A stretch of DNA of 50,284 nt from Pseudolabrys sp. (GTDB taxonomy: Bacteria; Pseudomonadota; Alphaproteobacteria; Rhizobiales; Xanthobacteraceae): NCBI GenBank assembly GCA_025451355.1, contig JANWKN010000024.1, positions 1 through 50,284 of the forward strand. Direction: 5' to 3'. The translations under genes and the position numbers were made by a program. Numbering within the stretch: the stretch's first letter is position 1; each line of letters opens with the position of its first letter. A model generated the notes under the pieces. That model searched no databases. It worked only from the letters and a program-made list of their open reading frames with translations, and was not told where the DNA came from. Positions 21,662 through 32,513 of this stretch are shown one piece after another.

Positions 21662-22639
21662 ATGGGTCTTGTGCGACGTATTGCTCTGCTTGCGGTTGCT
21701 TTTGCTGTCACAATTTCGAGCCCGCCGGCGAATGCCGACGACTACCCCTCACGTCCGGTCAAAATCATCGTTCCGTTCGGAGCCGGCGGACCGACCGATG
21801 TCTACACGCGGGCGATCGGCGAAGAATTACGCAAAGCTCTGCATCAGCTTTTTGTGATGGAAAACCGCCCCGGCGCGGGCACCACGATTGGCACCGATTT
21901 TGTCGCCAAATCCCCACCTGACGGCTACACGCTTTTGATGGTCTCGGGCACCCAGACCGTCAATGAGACGCTATACGTTCATAAGCAATATCAACTCATG
22001 CGCGACCTCGTACCGGTCGCCCCGTTGATCGATACTGATCTGGTGCTTGTCGTTCATCCGTCTGTTCCGGCGAAGAACCTGGAAGAACTGCTCGCTCTTG
22101 CCCGGTCGAAGCCCGGGACCATCAACTACGGTTCGTCCGGTCCGGGCTCGAACTACCATATGGCCGGCGAGCTGCTTAGGAACCTGGCCGGCGTCGACAT
22201 CGTGCATGTGCCCTACAAAGGTTCGACAGGCGCGCGCAACGACATCCTCAGCGGGCAAATTCAGATGCTGTTCGATTCGGTGCCGACCATGGCGCCGATG
22301 ATCAAAGCCGGTCTCGTGCGCGCCCTCGGAACAACAGGCAAGACCCGCTCCCCCACGCTGCCAGACGTGCCGACGATTACCGAGGCTGGCGTGCCTGGCT
22401 TCAACGCAACCCTCTGGGTCGGCTTCATGGCGCCGGCGGCTACCCCGCAACCGATCGTGGACAAGCTCAATCGCGAGATCACCCGGATCGTTGCGCAGCC
22501 TGCCATCAAGGAGGCCTGGGAAAAAACGGGTGCGACGCCGATTACGATGACGCAAACCGATTTCAAGGTGTTTATGGATGGGCAGGTCGCCAAATGGGCG
22601 AACGTAATCAAGGCCAATAATATTCCACCAATCAACTGA
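21662..22639 (+). CDS. Tripartite tricarboxylate transporter substrate-binding protein (Bug/TctC family)
   Basis: Signal peptide; [36 protein letters not shown] motifs. Confidence 0.93.
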   Translation: MGLVRRIALLAVAFAVTISSPPANADDYPSRPVKIIVPFGAGGPTDVYTRAIGEELRKALHQLFVMENRPGAGTTIGTDFVAKSPPDGYTLLMVSGTQTVNETLYVHKQYQLMRDLVPVAPLIDTDLVLVVHPSVPAKNLEELLALARSKPGTINYGSSGPGSNYHMAGELLRNLAGVDIVHVPYKGSTGARNDILSGQIQMLFDSVPTMAPMIKAGLVRALGTTGKTRSPTLPDVPTITEAGVPGFNATLWVGFMAPAATPQPIVDKLNREITRIVAQPAIKEAWEKTGATPITMTQTDFKVFMDGQVAKWANVIKANNIPPIN

Positions 22640-22708
22640 CGCGCACAGCGTGTGATCCGGGAATGTACAACGCGCTCTCGAGATCATGCGCAATCCAATA
22701 GGTGAGTG

Positions 22709-23638
22709 ATGAACGAAATGATCAACCCAGCGTCCGCTGTAAAGAGCGAGGAGCACTGGACCACCAAAGACGGTGGCGTGAAGCTGTTTCTGTTTGAGAA
22801 ATACGCTCACGATCCTGCGAAGACCATCGGCACGATCCTGTTTGTGCATGGATCGTCCATGGCATCTCAACCGACATTCGATCTGCAAGTGCCGGGGCGG
22901 CCTGATTCATCCGCGATGGATCACTTCGCCCGCCGTGGATACGACTGCTGGTGTGTCGACATGGAGGGCTATGGCCGGTCTACGAAGGATCGCGACAACA
23001 ATGCACCGATCTCCCAGGGCGCCGATGACTGTTGCGCGGCTGCTCTCTCCATCCAAAAACTGCGTGGAAAGCGTCCGTTTCTCGTCTACGGAATTTCCTC
23101 GGGCGCCCTGCGCGCGGCGATGTTTGCCGAGCGACACCCGGAGATGGTGGCCAGGCTTGCGCTCGATGCCATGGTCTGGACGGGCGAAGGCTCGCCCACT
23201 TTGGAGCAGCGTCGCAAAAAACTCGCCGAGTTCAAAGCGACAAACCGGCGACCGATCGACAAGGCCTTCATCCGTTCAGTGTTCGACCGCGATCACCCCG
23301 ATACTGCCGAACGCCAAGTGATCGATGCATTTGCCGATGCGGTGACCGCACTCGACAATTCCGTGCCGACCGGAACCTACGTCGACATGTGTTCGAAACT
23401 GCCGGTGGTCGATCCGGAAAAAATCAAGGTGCCGACATTGATCATGCGGGGTCAGCATGACGGCATCGCGTCGCTTGAAGACCTACTGAAATTTTACGGG
23501 AAGCTCCCGAACCCGGACAAACAGTTTACCGTCATGCCGGGAATTTCGCATGCGAGTTTCCAGCAGAAAAACTACATGTTGGTTTACCACATTCTCTCAA
23601 GCTTCTTCGCGCAGCCGGCGCCAGTTTACGTGGGCTGA
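22709..23638 (+). CDS. Alpha/beta hydrolase
   Basis: HGSS oxyanion loop, D.EGYGRS, G-I-S-S-G elbow, G.HD acid, SHAS histidine. Confidence 0.85.
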   Translation: MNEMINPASAVKSEEHWTTKDGGVKLFLFEKYAHDPAKTIGTILFVHGSSMASQPTFDLQVPGRPDSSAMDHFARRGYDCWCVDMEGYGRSTKDRDNNAPISQGADDCCAAALSIQKLRGKRPFLVYGISSGALRAAMFAERHPEMVARLALDAMVWTGEGSPTLEQRRKKLAEFKATNRRPIDKAFIRSVFDRDHPDTAERQVIDAFADAVTALDNSVPTGTYVDMCSKLPVVDPEKIKVPTLIMRGQHDGIASLEDLLKFYGKLPNPDKQFTVMPGISHASFQQKNYMLVYHILSSFFAQPAPVYVG

Positions 23639-23657
23639 GACAGGGGGCAGCCGGATT

Positions 23658-24362
23658 TTAGGCTCCGAGCTTGCCCGCAAGATCACCAAGATCGGCTCCG
23701 GCAAAATCGACCGGCACTGTTGGCGCCCGCTCGCCCGTTCCTGGGCCGTATTCCTCAGGACGCGCAACATGCGCCGTGCGCAAACCACATGCTGCCGCGG
23801 CGGCAAGATCGTTGCTGTGTGCCGCCACCATCATGCATTGGGCCGGCGCGAGATCGAACGCTTCGCACGCAGCGAGATAGACGCGCGGTTTCGGTTTGTA
23901 GTCGCCGGCGACCTCGGCGCCGAGGATGGCGTCCCAAGGAAAATTATTTCGCCGCGCAAGGTCGACCATTAATGAGATGTTTCCGTTCGAGACGGGCGCC
24001 AACAGAAACTTTTTCTGCAAGCGCTTGAGCGCCGCAGTCACGTCGGGCCACGCGTCGAGCCGGTGCCACGCCACTGTGAGTTCGTGCAGGACGGTCTCGG
24101 AAAGATCGGTCAGACCGAGGCGCGGCATGAAGCGTTCGAGATTGCGCCGGTGCAGCACATCGAGCTTGCAAAACGGGATGCGACCCGACCGCACCTCTTC
24201 CATCCCGGGCTGGTATTCACCCCTCCAGGCGTCGGCAAAGCGGGTCCAGTCGAGGTTGTGCCCCAGGGGTCTCAGCGCCCGGTCTGCCTCTCTGGCGACC
24301 CCCGTACGCCAGTCGACCAGGGTCCCGAATACGTCAAAGAACATCGCCCGGATGGAGGTCAT
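23658..24362 (-). CDS. Haloacid dehalogenase, type II
   Basis: FDVFGTLVDWR, SNGN, YKP.P..Y, MVAAH..DL..A motifs. Confidence 0.9.
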   Translation of the reverse strand: MTSIRAMFFDVFGTLVDWRTGVAREADRALRPLGHNLDWTRFADAWRGEYQPGMEEVRSGRIPFCKLDVLHRRNLERFMPRLGLTDLSETVLHELTVAWHRLDAWPDVTAALKRLQKKFLLAPVSNGNISLMVDLARRNNFPWDAILGAEVAGDYKPKPRVYLAACEAFDLAPAQCMMVAAHSNDLAAAAACGLRTAHVARPEEYGPGTGERAPTVPVDFAGADLGDLAGKLGA

Positions 24363-24443
24363 GGCCGGGGCCAAGATCCTGTTTTCCGGCCCGGGAAAGT
24401 GCCGGTTTTGCCATCGAGAATCATGGCTAAGTCATGGATAAAA

Positions 24444-24483
24444 TGGCGGGCGGGACTCGAACCCGCGGCCTCTGCCGTGACAG
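24444..24483 (-). repeat. Displaced 3' half of tRNA-Asp (att-type direct repeat, 5-bp deletion)
   Basis: TGGCGGG[-----]CGGGACTCGAACCCGCGGCCTCTGCCGTGACAG matches 25061-25105 except for the missing AGCGA. Confidence 0.9.
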
Positions 24484-25060
24484 AACAAAAAAACTCAATG
24501 ATTTCTAGGCTCCGTTCGACCCCGACAATGTTTTAACGTGAAATAAGAACGAGCGATACGGACAGGCACCCGGCAGTATGAGCTTGGAAACAGTTCCACT
24601 GCGCCAAACGCTCGGTTGGCACTTCGCGACAGCCAGCAAGTAAGAGACTTTCAGCATGTCTTTTTCCAACCGAATTTTGGAAAAACAAAACCCGCGGTTT
24701 TCCGCGACCCGATCCAACGACGGGAATGTACGACCTCAAAAAAATCGACGCTTGGATGGATAGTGGGACCGAGGACCCACTACCACTCGATCCAATCGAA
24801 TTCGAGAGGCGCCTCGCGGCCCTACCCGCACGAAAGCGTAGAAGGGAATAGTGGATAACTTCGCGCATAGGTAGAAGACTCAGACCCGCGGCCTAGGCCC
24901 CGGGCGGGCAGGGTCCTAGCCCGGGTTCGAACCGAAAAATTCCACCTCAGACAAGGGAATGTCGGTCTCGAGCCCGTCTCCGTTCGAGTAGAACGGTCAA
25001 CTCCGAGCGAAGGGAGTCGAACGAGCTTTTTGTCCTAAGCCGTTGAAATAACGATAAAAA
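24484..25060. mobile_element. Degenerate integrative-element remnant at tRNA-Asp
   Basis: Bounded by the tRNA-Asp 3' end and its duplicate; holds an excisionase-like fragment; no integrase seen. Confidence 0.75.
24633..24851 (+). pseudogene. Excisionase/AlpA-like small DNA-binding protein remnant
   Basis: Frame reads ...TRGFPRPDPTTGMYDLKKIDAWMDSG...RRE* (TAG 24849-24851). No start codon between the upstream TGA (24579) and the motif. Confidence 0.55.
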
Positions 25061-25137
25061 TGGCGGGAGCGACGGGACTCGAACCCGCGGCCTCTGCCGT
25101 GACAGGGCAGCGCTCTAACCAACTGAGCTACGCCCCC
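25061..25137 (-). tRNA. tRNA-Asp(GTC)
   Basis: 77-nt cloverleaf GGGGGCGTAGCTCAGTTGGTTAGAGCGCTGCCCTGTCACGGCAG...GTTCGAGTCCCGTCGCTCCCGCCA. Confidence 0.97.
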
Positions 25138-25325
25138 GCGGGCGTTTGTCCGAGTTATAGGCGGCCCAAAGGCAAGTCAAGGTAAACGCCTTCGCACCCA
25201 CGGAAATTGCCAAAAAGCCTTATTTACCTAGAAGAATCGATGGTCAGAGTGCCCCCGAATCGTCTATGCGGGCATGGTGTTTGGCGTTTCGCCAAACCGG
25301 CGGATTCAAGAGGAGGGTCCCACTG

Positions 25326-25634
25326 ATGGCAATGGTTCCTGGAAAAGCTCCGACACCACCGACCGTCACGCTTAAACATCTCGCCGCCGCGCTCGCGGAA
25401 ACGCACGAGATGTCGAAGAAGCAGGCGGAGACCGTGCTCGGCGATCTGGTCGGCAATATTGTGAAGCATTTGAAGAAGGGCGAACGCATTCGCATTGGCG
25501 GCCTTGGCATTCTTCAGGTGCGCAAGCGCGCAGCCCGCATCGGCCGCAATCCCGCGACCGGCGAGCAAATTCAGATTAAAGCCAGCAAGAAAGTCGCTTT
25601 CCGCGCTTCTAAGGAATTGAAAGAATCGATCTAA
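25326..25634 (+). CDS. HU family nucleoid DNA-binding protein
   Basis: RKRAARIGRNPATGEQIQIKASKKVAFRASKELKE; AGGAGG SD. Confidence 0.93.
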   Translation: MAMVPGKAPTPPTVTLKHLAAALAETHEMSKKQAETVLGDLVGNIVKHLKKGERIRIGGLGILQVRKRAARIGRNPATGEQIQIKASKKVAFRASKELKESI

Positions 25635-25673
25635 AGACTTTCTGCCTGACCCTCCGGGGAGTAATGGCAGGCG

Positions 25674-25709
25674 TGAAGCGACAGGCTTCTCGCCTGCCGT
25701 TTCATTTTT
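25674..25709 (+). terminator. Probable terminator after the HU gene
   Basis: TGAAGCGACAGGC-ttctc-GCCTGCCGTTTCA followed by T5. Confidence 0.6.
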
Positions 25710-25727
25710 GACAGACTCGTCTTTGTT

Positions 25728-25743
25728 TGGTGGGCGGTGACGG
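25728..25743 (-). repeat. 16-bp duplicate of the tRNA-Val 3' end (att-type direct repeat)
   Basis: TGGTGGGCGGTGACGG is identical to 27287-27302. Confidence 0.88.
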
Positions 25744-25766
25744 TGCCGATCATTGTAGATTTTCTC

Positions 25767-25832
25767 GTCCGCACTTCCTCCATAACCGGCCATTCGGTTC
25801 ACGCAGTCGGCTTTGTGCCAATAGCGGACGTT
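25767..25832 (-). repeat. Two degenerate REP-like palindromic units (ATGTCCGCT...AGCGGAC type)
   Basis: Minus strand AACGTCCGCTATTGGCACAAAGCCGAC (25806-25832) and ATGGCCGGTTATGGAGGAAGTGCGGAC (25767-25793) resemble the unit at 26235. Confidence 0.6.
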
Positions 25833-25839
25833 GGATCGC

Positions 25840-26147
25840 TTATTCGATCCCTTCGTCCGCACGCGTGAGAAGCGCCGGTGGAATTTCGAGGCTGAGCCCT
25901 TTGGCCGTCCTCTGATTGATCGCGAGATAGAATTTTGTTGGTACCTCGACCGGAAGGTCGGCTGGCTTGGTGCCGCGCAGGATTCGGTTCGTGTGGATCG
26001 GTATAGCTCCCGGACGTTCGGCCCGTATGTCATCAACAGCCCTTTTTGGGCAAACGGTGACCAGCCAGACACGGAAGGCAGCTTGGCTTCTAATGCGAAC
26101 TGAGCCACGGCGCTACTTAGGGAAATGATGAACTCGCGGCGCTGCAT
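25840..26147 (-). pseudogene. Internally deleted, frameshifted ABC transporter substrate-binding protein (M-RREF...ADEVIE type)
   Basis: MQRREFI start joined directly to C-terminal GLLMTYGP; second frame [49 protein letters not shown]. Confidence 0.85.
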
Positions 26148-26234
26148 ATATGTGTCGCCCCGAAGAACAATGCATTGCGGAGCAACAATGATATCAGATT
26201 AAAGCTGGGCGGCCAGAAATGGTACTCAAGTTCC

Positions 26235-26262
26235 ATGTCCGCTTAGCCCCGAGAGCGGACAT
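26235..26262. repeat. REP-like palindrome
   Basis: ATGTCCGCT-tagccccgag-AGCGGACAT, perfect 9-bp stem. Confidence 0.75.
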
Positions 26263-26325
26263 TGCGGCATACTCGATCCTTTCGTCGGAGCAGGCTACAA
26301 GCTAGCACTTCAAGGGTGCAAGGAC

Positions 26326-27096
26326 TTGGCGAATAGGATCGTGGCAGCTAACTTTTCAAAACTTGGTCTAGCCATCTTCGTCTTTCTCATTCCGGCGATT
26401 TCGGTTAGCGCGGAAACTGCACCATGCCAGCGCCTCAAGTTTGAACACGCCGAATACACAGTTTGCGAGGTGGACCTGAGACGACAGTCCGTACGGCTGT
26501 TCTGGAAAAAACCGGACGGGCATCCTTACGGATATCCTTCCTCGTTGCCGCGCGTGCTTGGTAACCACTCGGGGCGCCTCCTTTTCGCGACAAATGGTGG
26601 CATGTACCACCCGGACAACTCGCCGGTCGGTATGTACATCGAGGAGGGTCGGGAGTTGGTTCGTGCCAACACGAGCGGGGGTCCCGGTAACTTCCACATG
26701 AGACCAAACGGCGTGTTTTACGTGAGCGGCGAGGTCGCCGGCATCCTGGAAACTCGCTCGTTCATCAGGCGACGGCCTCAGGCAGACTTCGCCACCCAGT
26801 CGGGACCGATGCTGGTCATAAACGGGAAACTGCATAGTCGCTTCGTTCGATATGGCGGATCAAGAAAATACCGAGCCGGTGTCGGAAGCCGCGACCCTAA
26901 CTCAGTCGTATTCGCCGTATCGGAATCAGAAGTTTCGTTTAACGAGTTCGCGCAGCTCTTCCGCGATAAGCTTCAGTGCAAGAACGCTCTGTTTTTGGAT
27001 GGCGGCAGCGCGACCAGCTTTTATTCTCCCTCGCTGGGGCGGAATAGCAACTTCCTGCCGCTTGGTCCGATAATTGGCGTATACGGATCGGATTGA
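26326..27096 (+). CDS. Phosphodiester glycosidase family protein (YigE/DUF2233-like), exported
   Basis: FATNGGMY, GNF...PNGVF, ATQSGPMLV, R.GVG, NALFLDGG; N-terminal signal; start TTG 26326 or GTG 26341. Confidence 0.85.
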   Translation: MANRIVAANFSKLGLAIFVFLIPAISVSAETAPCQRLKFEHAEYTVCEVDLRRQSVRLFWKKPDGHPYGYPSSLPRVLGNHSGRLLFATNGGMYHPDNSPVGMYIEEGRELVRANTSGGPGNFHMRPNGVFYVSGEVAGILETRSFIRRRPQADFATQSGPMLVINGKLHSRFVRYGGSRKYRAGVGSRDPNSVVFAVSESEVSFNEFAQLFRDKLQCKNALFLDGGSATSFYSPSLGRNSNFLPLGPIIGVYGSD

Positions 27097-27286
27097 TACG
27101 GCATCCCATGATTTGCTGTGCGGGCAAACCGAGGGTGTGCGTCGCGTTTACGCCGACGGAAACGGTTGGCGCAGGAGCCATCACAAACTTGCCCAACGAA
27201 ACCGCAACATCTATCGCCTTACCTGGCGATAAGGTGAGGGCCGCAGAACAGAAACTGCAATTTAAATCAACGCTCCCTTTTTAAAG

Positions 27287-27362
27287 TGGTGGGCGGTGAC
27301 GGACTCGAACCGCCGACATCCTGCGTGTAAAGCAGGCGCTCTACCAACTGAGCTAACCGCCC
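27287..27362 (-). tRNA. tRNA-Val(TAC)
   Basis: 76-nt cloverleaf GGGCGGTTAGCTCAGTTGGTAGAGCGCCTGCTTTACACGCAGG...GTTCGAGTCCGTCACCGCCCACCA. Confidence 0.97.
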
Positions 27363-27429
27363 TCACCGCTCGTTTATCGCTATCCGAGGCCGCGGCGCAA
27401 GCATCGCGAAATTTTTCGAAACTCCATGC

Positions 27430-27457
27430 GAAAACGGCGCCTCTCGGCGCCGTTTTC
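27430..27457 (-). terminator. Terminator after lon
   Basis: GAAAACGGCGCC-tctc-GGCGCCGTTTTC, perfect 12-bp stem. Confidence 0.8.
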
Positions 27458-27473
27458 TATCGTGTTTGGTGCG

Positions 27474-29912
<2,439 letters not shown>

Positions 29913-30233
29913 TGGCATTGTCCTTTTGTTGTGCCCCTGCCGATTGACCTGCTGGTGCAGCATCGCGCGGCAGTGCCGGTAGTAGACGCAAGGAGCGCAA
30001 GGCGAGATGCCAGGTGCGCTTTGAGAGATTCAAGAGCCCTTGCCTAGTCGGTAGTCAGATACGACGTCTCGTACGCCACTTCGTTCAACACGCTATACGT
30101 ATGGCGAGGCAAAACCCTGCGCAAGAAGGACCGCCTTTTTCCAGTTAAAGCGAGTCCCTCGCAGGTAACAACCCCCACAATTGGGGAGACCCAGCAGCCT
30201 TTCCGGAGAAAATTAACACCGGCGGTAAGCGGA

Positions 30234-31511
30234 TCAGGCGCTTGCACTTCCTGTCTCAGCCGTCCTGTCGCTGCGGTCCGCATAGATATAGAGCGGACGG
30301 GCGGTTCCCTCGACGACCTCTTTGGAGATCACGACCTCTTCGACTCCCTCAAGGCTCGGCAGGTCGAACATGGTGTCGAGCAGAATGCCCTCCATGATGG
30401 AGCGCAGACCCCGCGCGCCGGTCTTGCGGTCGATCGCCTTGCGGGCGATGGCGCCAAGCGCTTCCTCGGCGAGCGTGAGATCGATCGATTCCATTTCGAA
30501 CAGGCGCTGGTATTGCTTGACCAGGGCATTCTTCGGCTCGACCAGGATCTTCTTGAGGGACGCCTCATCGAGATCCTCGAGCGTCGCTACGACCGGCAGA
30601 CGACCGACGAATTCCGGGATCAAGCCATACTTCAGCAGATCCTCCGGCTCGACCTCGCGGAAGATTTCACCTTGTTTGCGATCTTCCGGTGCCACCACCC
30701 TGGCGCCGAACCCGATCGAGGTCGACCGGCCACGCGCGGAAATGATCTTCTCCAGCCCGGCGAAGGCGCCGCCACAAACAAACAAGATGTTCGTCGTATC
30801 GACCTGCAGGAATTCCTGCTGCGGATGCTTGCGGCCGCCCTGCGGAGGCACAGATGCGATCGTGCCTTCCATGATCTTCAGGAGCGCCTGCTGCACGCCC
30901 TCGCCCGAAACGTCACGCGTGATCGAGGGGTTGTCTGACTTGCGCGAAATCTTGTCGATTTCGTCGATGTAAACGATGCCGCGCTGTGCGCGCTCGACGT
31001 TGTAATCGGCCGCCTGCAGCAGCTTCAGGATAATGTTTTCGACGTCTTCGCCGACGTAGCCGGCTTCAGTCAAAGTCGTCGCATCCGCCATCGTGAAAGG
31101 CACGTCGAGAATGCGCGCGAGCGTCTGCGCCAGCAGCGTCTTGCCTGAGCCGGTCGGACCGATCAGGAGAATGTTCGACTTCGCAAGCTCGACGTCATTG
31201 TGCTTGGCCTGATGGTTGAGCCGCTTGTAGTGATTGTGAACTGCGACAGACAGAACCTTCTTCGCGTGATCCTGGCCGATGACATAGTCGTCGAGGACCT
31301 TGCGGATTTCCTTGGGGGTCGGAATTCCGTCGCGCGACTTCACCAGCGAGGATTTGTTCTCCTCGCGGATGATGTCCATACAAAGTTCAACGCATTCGTC
31401 GCAGATAAAAACGGTCGGCCCGGCAATGAGCTTGCGCACTTCGTGCTGGCTCTTGCCGCAGAACGAGCAGTAGAGGGTGTTCTTGGAATCGCTGCCGCCG
31501 ACTTTGCTCAT
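30234..31511 (-). CDS. clpX: ATP-dependent Clp protease ATP-binding subunit ClpX
   Basis: CSFCGK...CDEC zinc finger, [17 protein letters not shown] loop. Confidence 0.98.
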   Translation of the reverse strand: MSKVGGSDSKNTLYCSFCGKSQHEVRKLIAGPTVFICDECVELCMDIIREENKSSLVKSRDGIPTPKEIRKVLDDYVIGQDHAKKVLSVAVHNHYKRLNHQAKHNDVELAKSNILLIGPTGSGKTLLAQTLARILDVPFTMADATTLTEAGYVGEDVENIILKLLQAADYNVERAQRGIVYIDEIDKISRKSDNPSITRDVSGEGVQQALLKIMEGTIASVPPQGGRKHPQQEFLQVDTTNILFVCGGAFAGLEKIISARGRSTSIGFGARVVAPEDRKQGEIFREVEPEDLLKYGLIPEFVGRLPVVATLEDLDEASLKKILVEPKNALVKQYQRLFEMESIDLTLAEEALGAIARKAIDRKTGARGLRSIMEGILLDTMFDLPSLEGVEEVVISKEVVEGTARPLYIYADRSDRTAETGSASA

Positions 31512-31781
31512 TCAATTCTCCGTCACGCTTCCGTACTCTTCATGGTTGGTGCCGCTTCAGCGCTGCCATCACCTAACCAGGCAAGTTTCGCACCGGACTT
31601 CCAGCACGAGGGGCCTTACTTCGGAGGGCCTGCGCTCCGTTCACTCCCCCAGCACCTTAAGCGAAGCATGCTAACGGCGTGATAATCAAGATTCTATTAA
31701 CGATAATGCCACACTCACAGCCGCGAAAGCGTCCGTTCTGAGTCAAATTCTGGGACGGTCGGAACCGCCTGTAGGACCTTC

Positions 31782-32417
31782 TCAGGCGGGTTTGGGGTTC
31801 ATCTCCTCGGGGCGCTTATCGATGACCTTATCGACGATGCCGAAGTCCTTGGCGGCCTCGGCAGTGAGGAAATAATCGCGCTCGAGCGCGTCTTCGATCT
31901 TCTTCAGCGACTGGCCGGTATGCCTCACGTAGATTTCATTCAGACGCTTCTTCAAGTTCAAAATCTCTTGCGCGTGCAGCATGATGTCTGTGGCCTGGCC
32001 TTGGAAGCCGCCCGACGGCTGATGCACCATTATGCGCGCGTTCGGCAGCGCAAAACGCTGGTCCTTGGCTCCCGCGGCCAGCAAGAGTGATCCCATTGAG
32101 GCGGCCTGCCCCACGCAAAGCGTTGATACCGGCGGGCGGACAAACTGCATGGTGTCATAGATCGCCATGCCTGAGGTCACCACCCCGCCCGGCGAGTTGA
32201 TGTACATCGAGATCTCTTTTTTCGGATTCTCGGCCTCGAGAAACAACAGCTGCGCCACTACCAATGTGGATACGCCGTCCTCGATCGGGCCCGTGATGAA
32301 GATGATTCTCTCTTTCAGGAGCCTGGAGTAAATGTCGTAGGCCCGCTCGCCACGGTTGGTTTGCTCCACCACCATGGGCACCAGATAGTTCATGTAGGTA
32401 TCGCGCGGGTCTTTCAT
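31782..32417 (-). CDS. clpP: ATP-dependent Clp protease proteolytic subunit
   Basis: [32 protein letters not shown] motifs. Confidence 0.98.
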   Translation of the reverse strand: MKDPRDTYMNYLVPMVVEQTNRGERAYDIYSRLLKERIIFITGPIEDGVSTLVVAQLLFLEAENPKKEISMYINSPGGVVTSGMAIYDTMQFVRPPVSTLCVGQAASMGSLLLAAGAKDQRFALPNARIMVHQPSGGFQGQATDIMLHAQEILNLKKRLNEIYVRHTGQSLKKIEDALERDYFLTAEAAKDFGIVDKVIDKRPEEMNPKPA

Positions 32418-32513
32418 TTTGTCTCCTTGGCGCGAATCATACCGGTTAGACTAACCGCGCCGGCGCCTTGGGTGATCTATTTCCACTTACGCGGTTGCGC
32501 AACCCATCGCGCA

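Larger units (their letters stand above)
25744..27286. mobile_element. Small integrase-less island at the tRNA-Val 3' end
   Basis: Bounded by 16-bp direct repeats; contains palindromic repeats, an ABC-binding remnant and a YigE-like gene. Confidence 0.75.

Noticed and set aside
24444-24483. Second functional tRNA-Asp
   Set aside because: Only the 3' half is present and it has a 5-bp deletion at the T-stem/acceptor-stem junction
25224-26147. 307-aa ORF as a real gene
   Set aside because: Chimeric: ABC remnant, then read-through across repeats and antisense to the HU gene
27097-27286. Integrase remnant next to tRNA-Val
   Set aside because: No tyrosine-recombinase motifs recognised in the frames I read
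30005-30034. RpoH-type promoter for lon (CTTGAA...GGCATCT, minus strand)
   Set aside because: Plausible, but the spacing is long and the -10 match is weak
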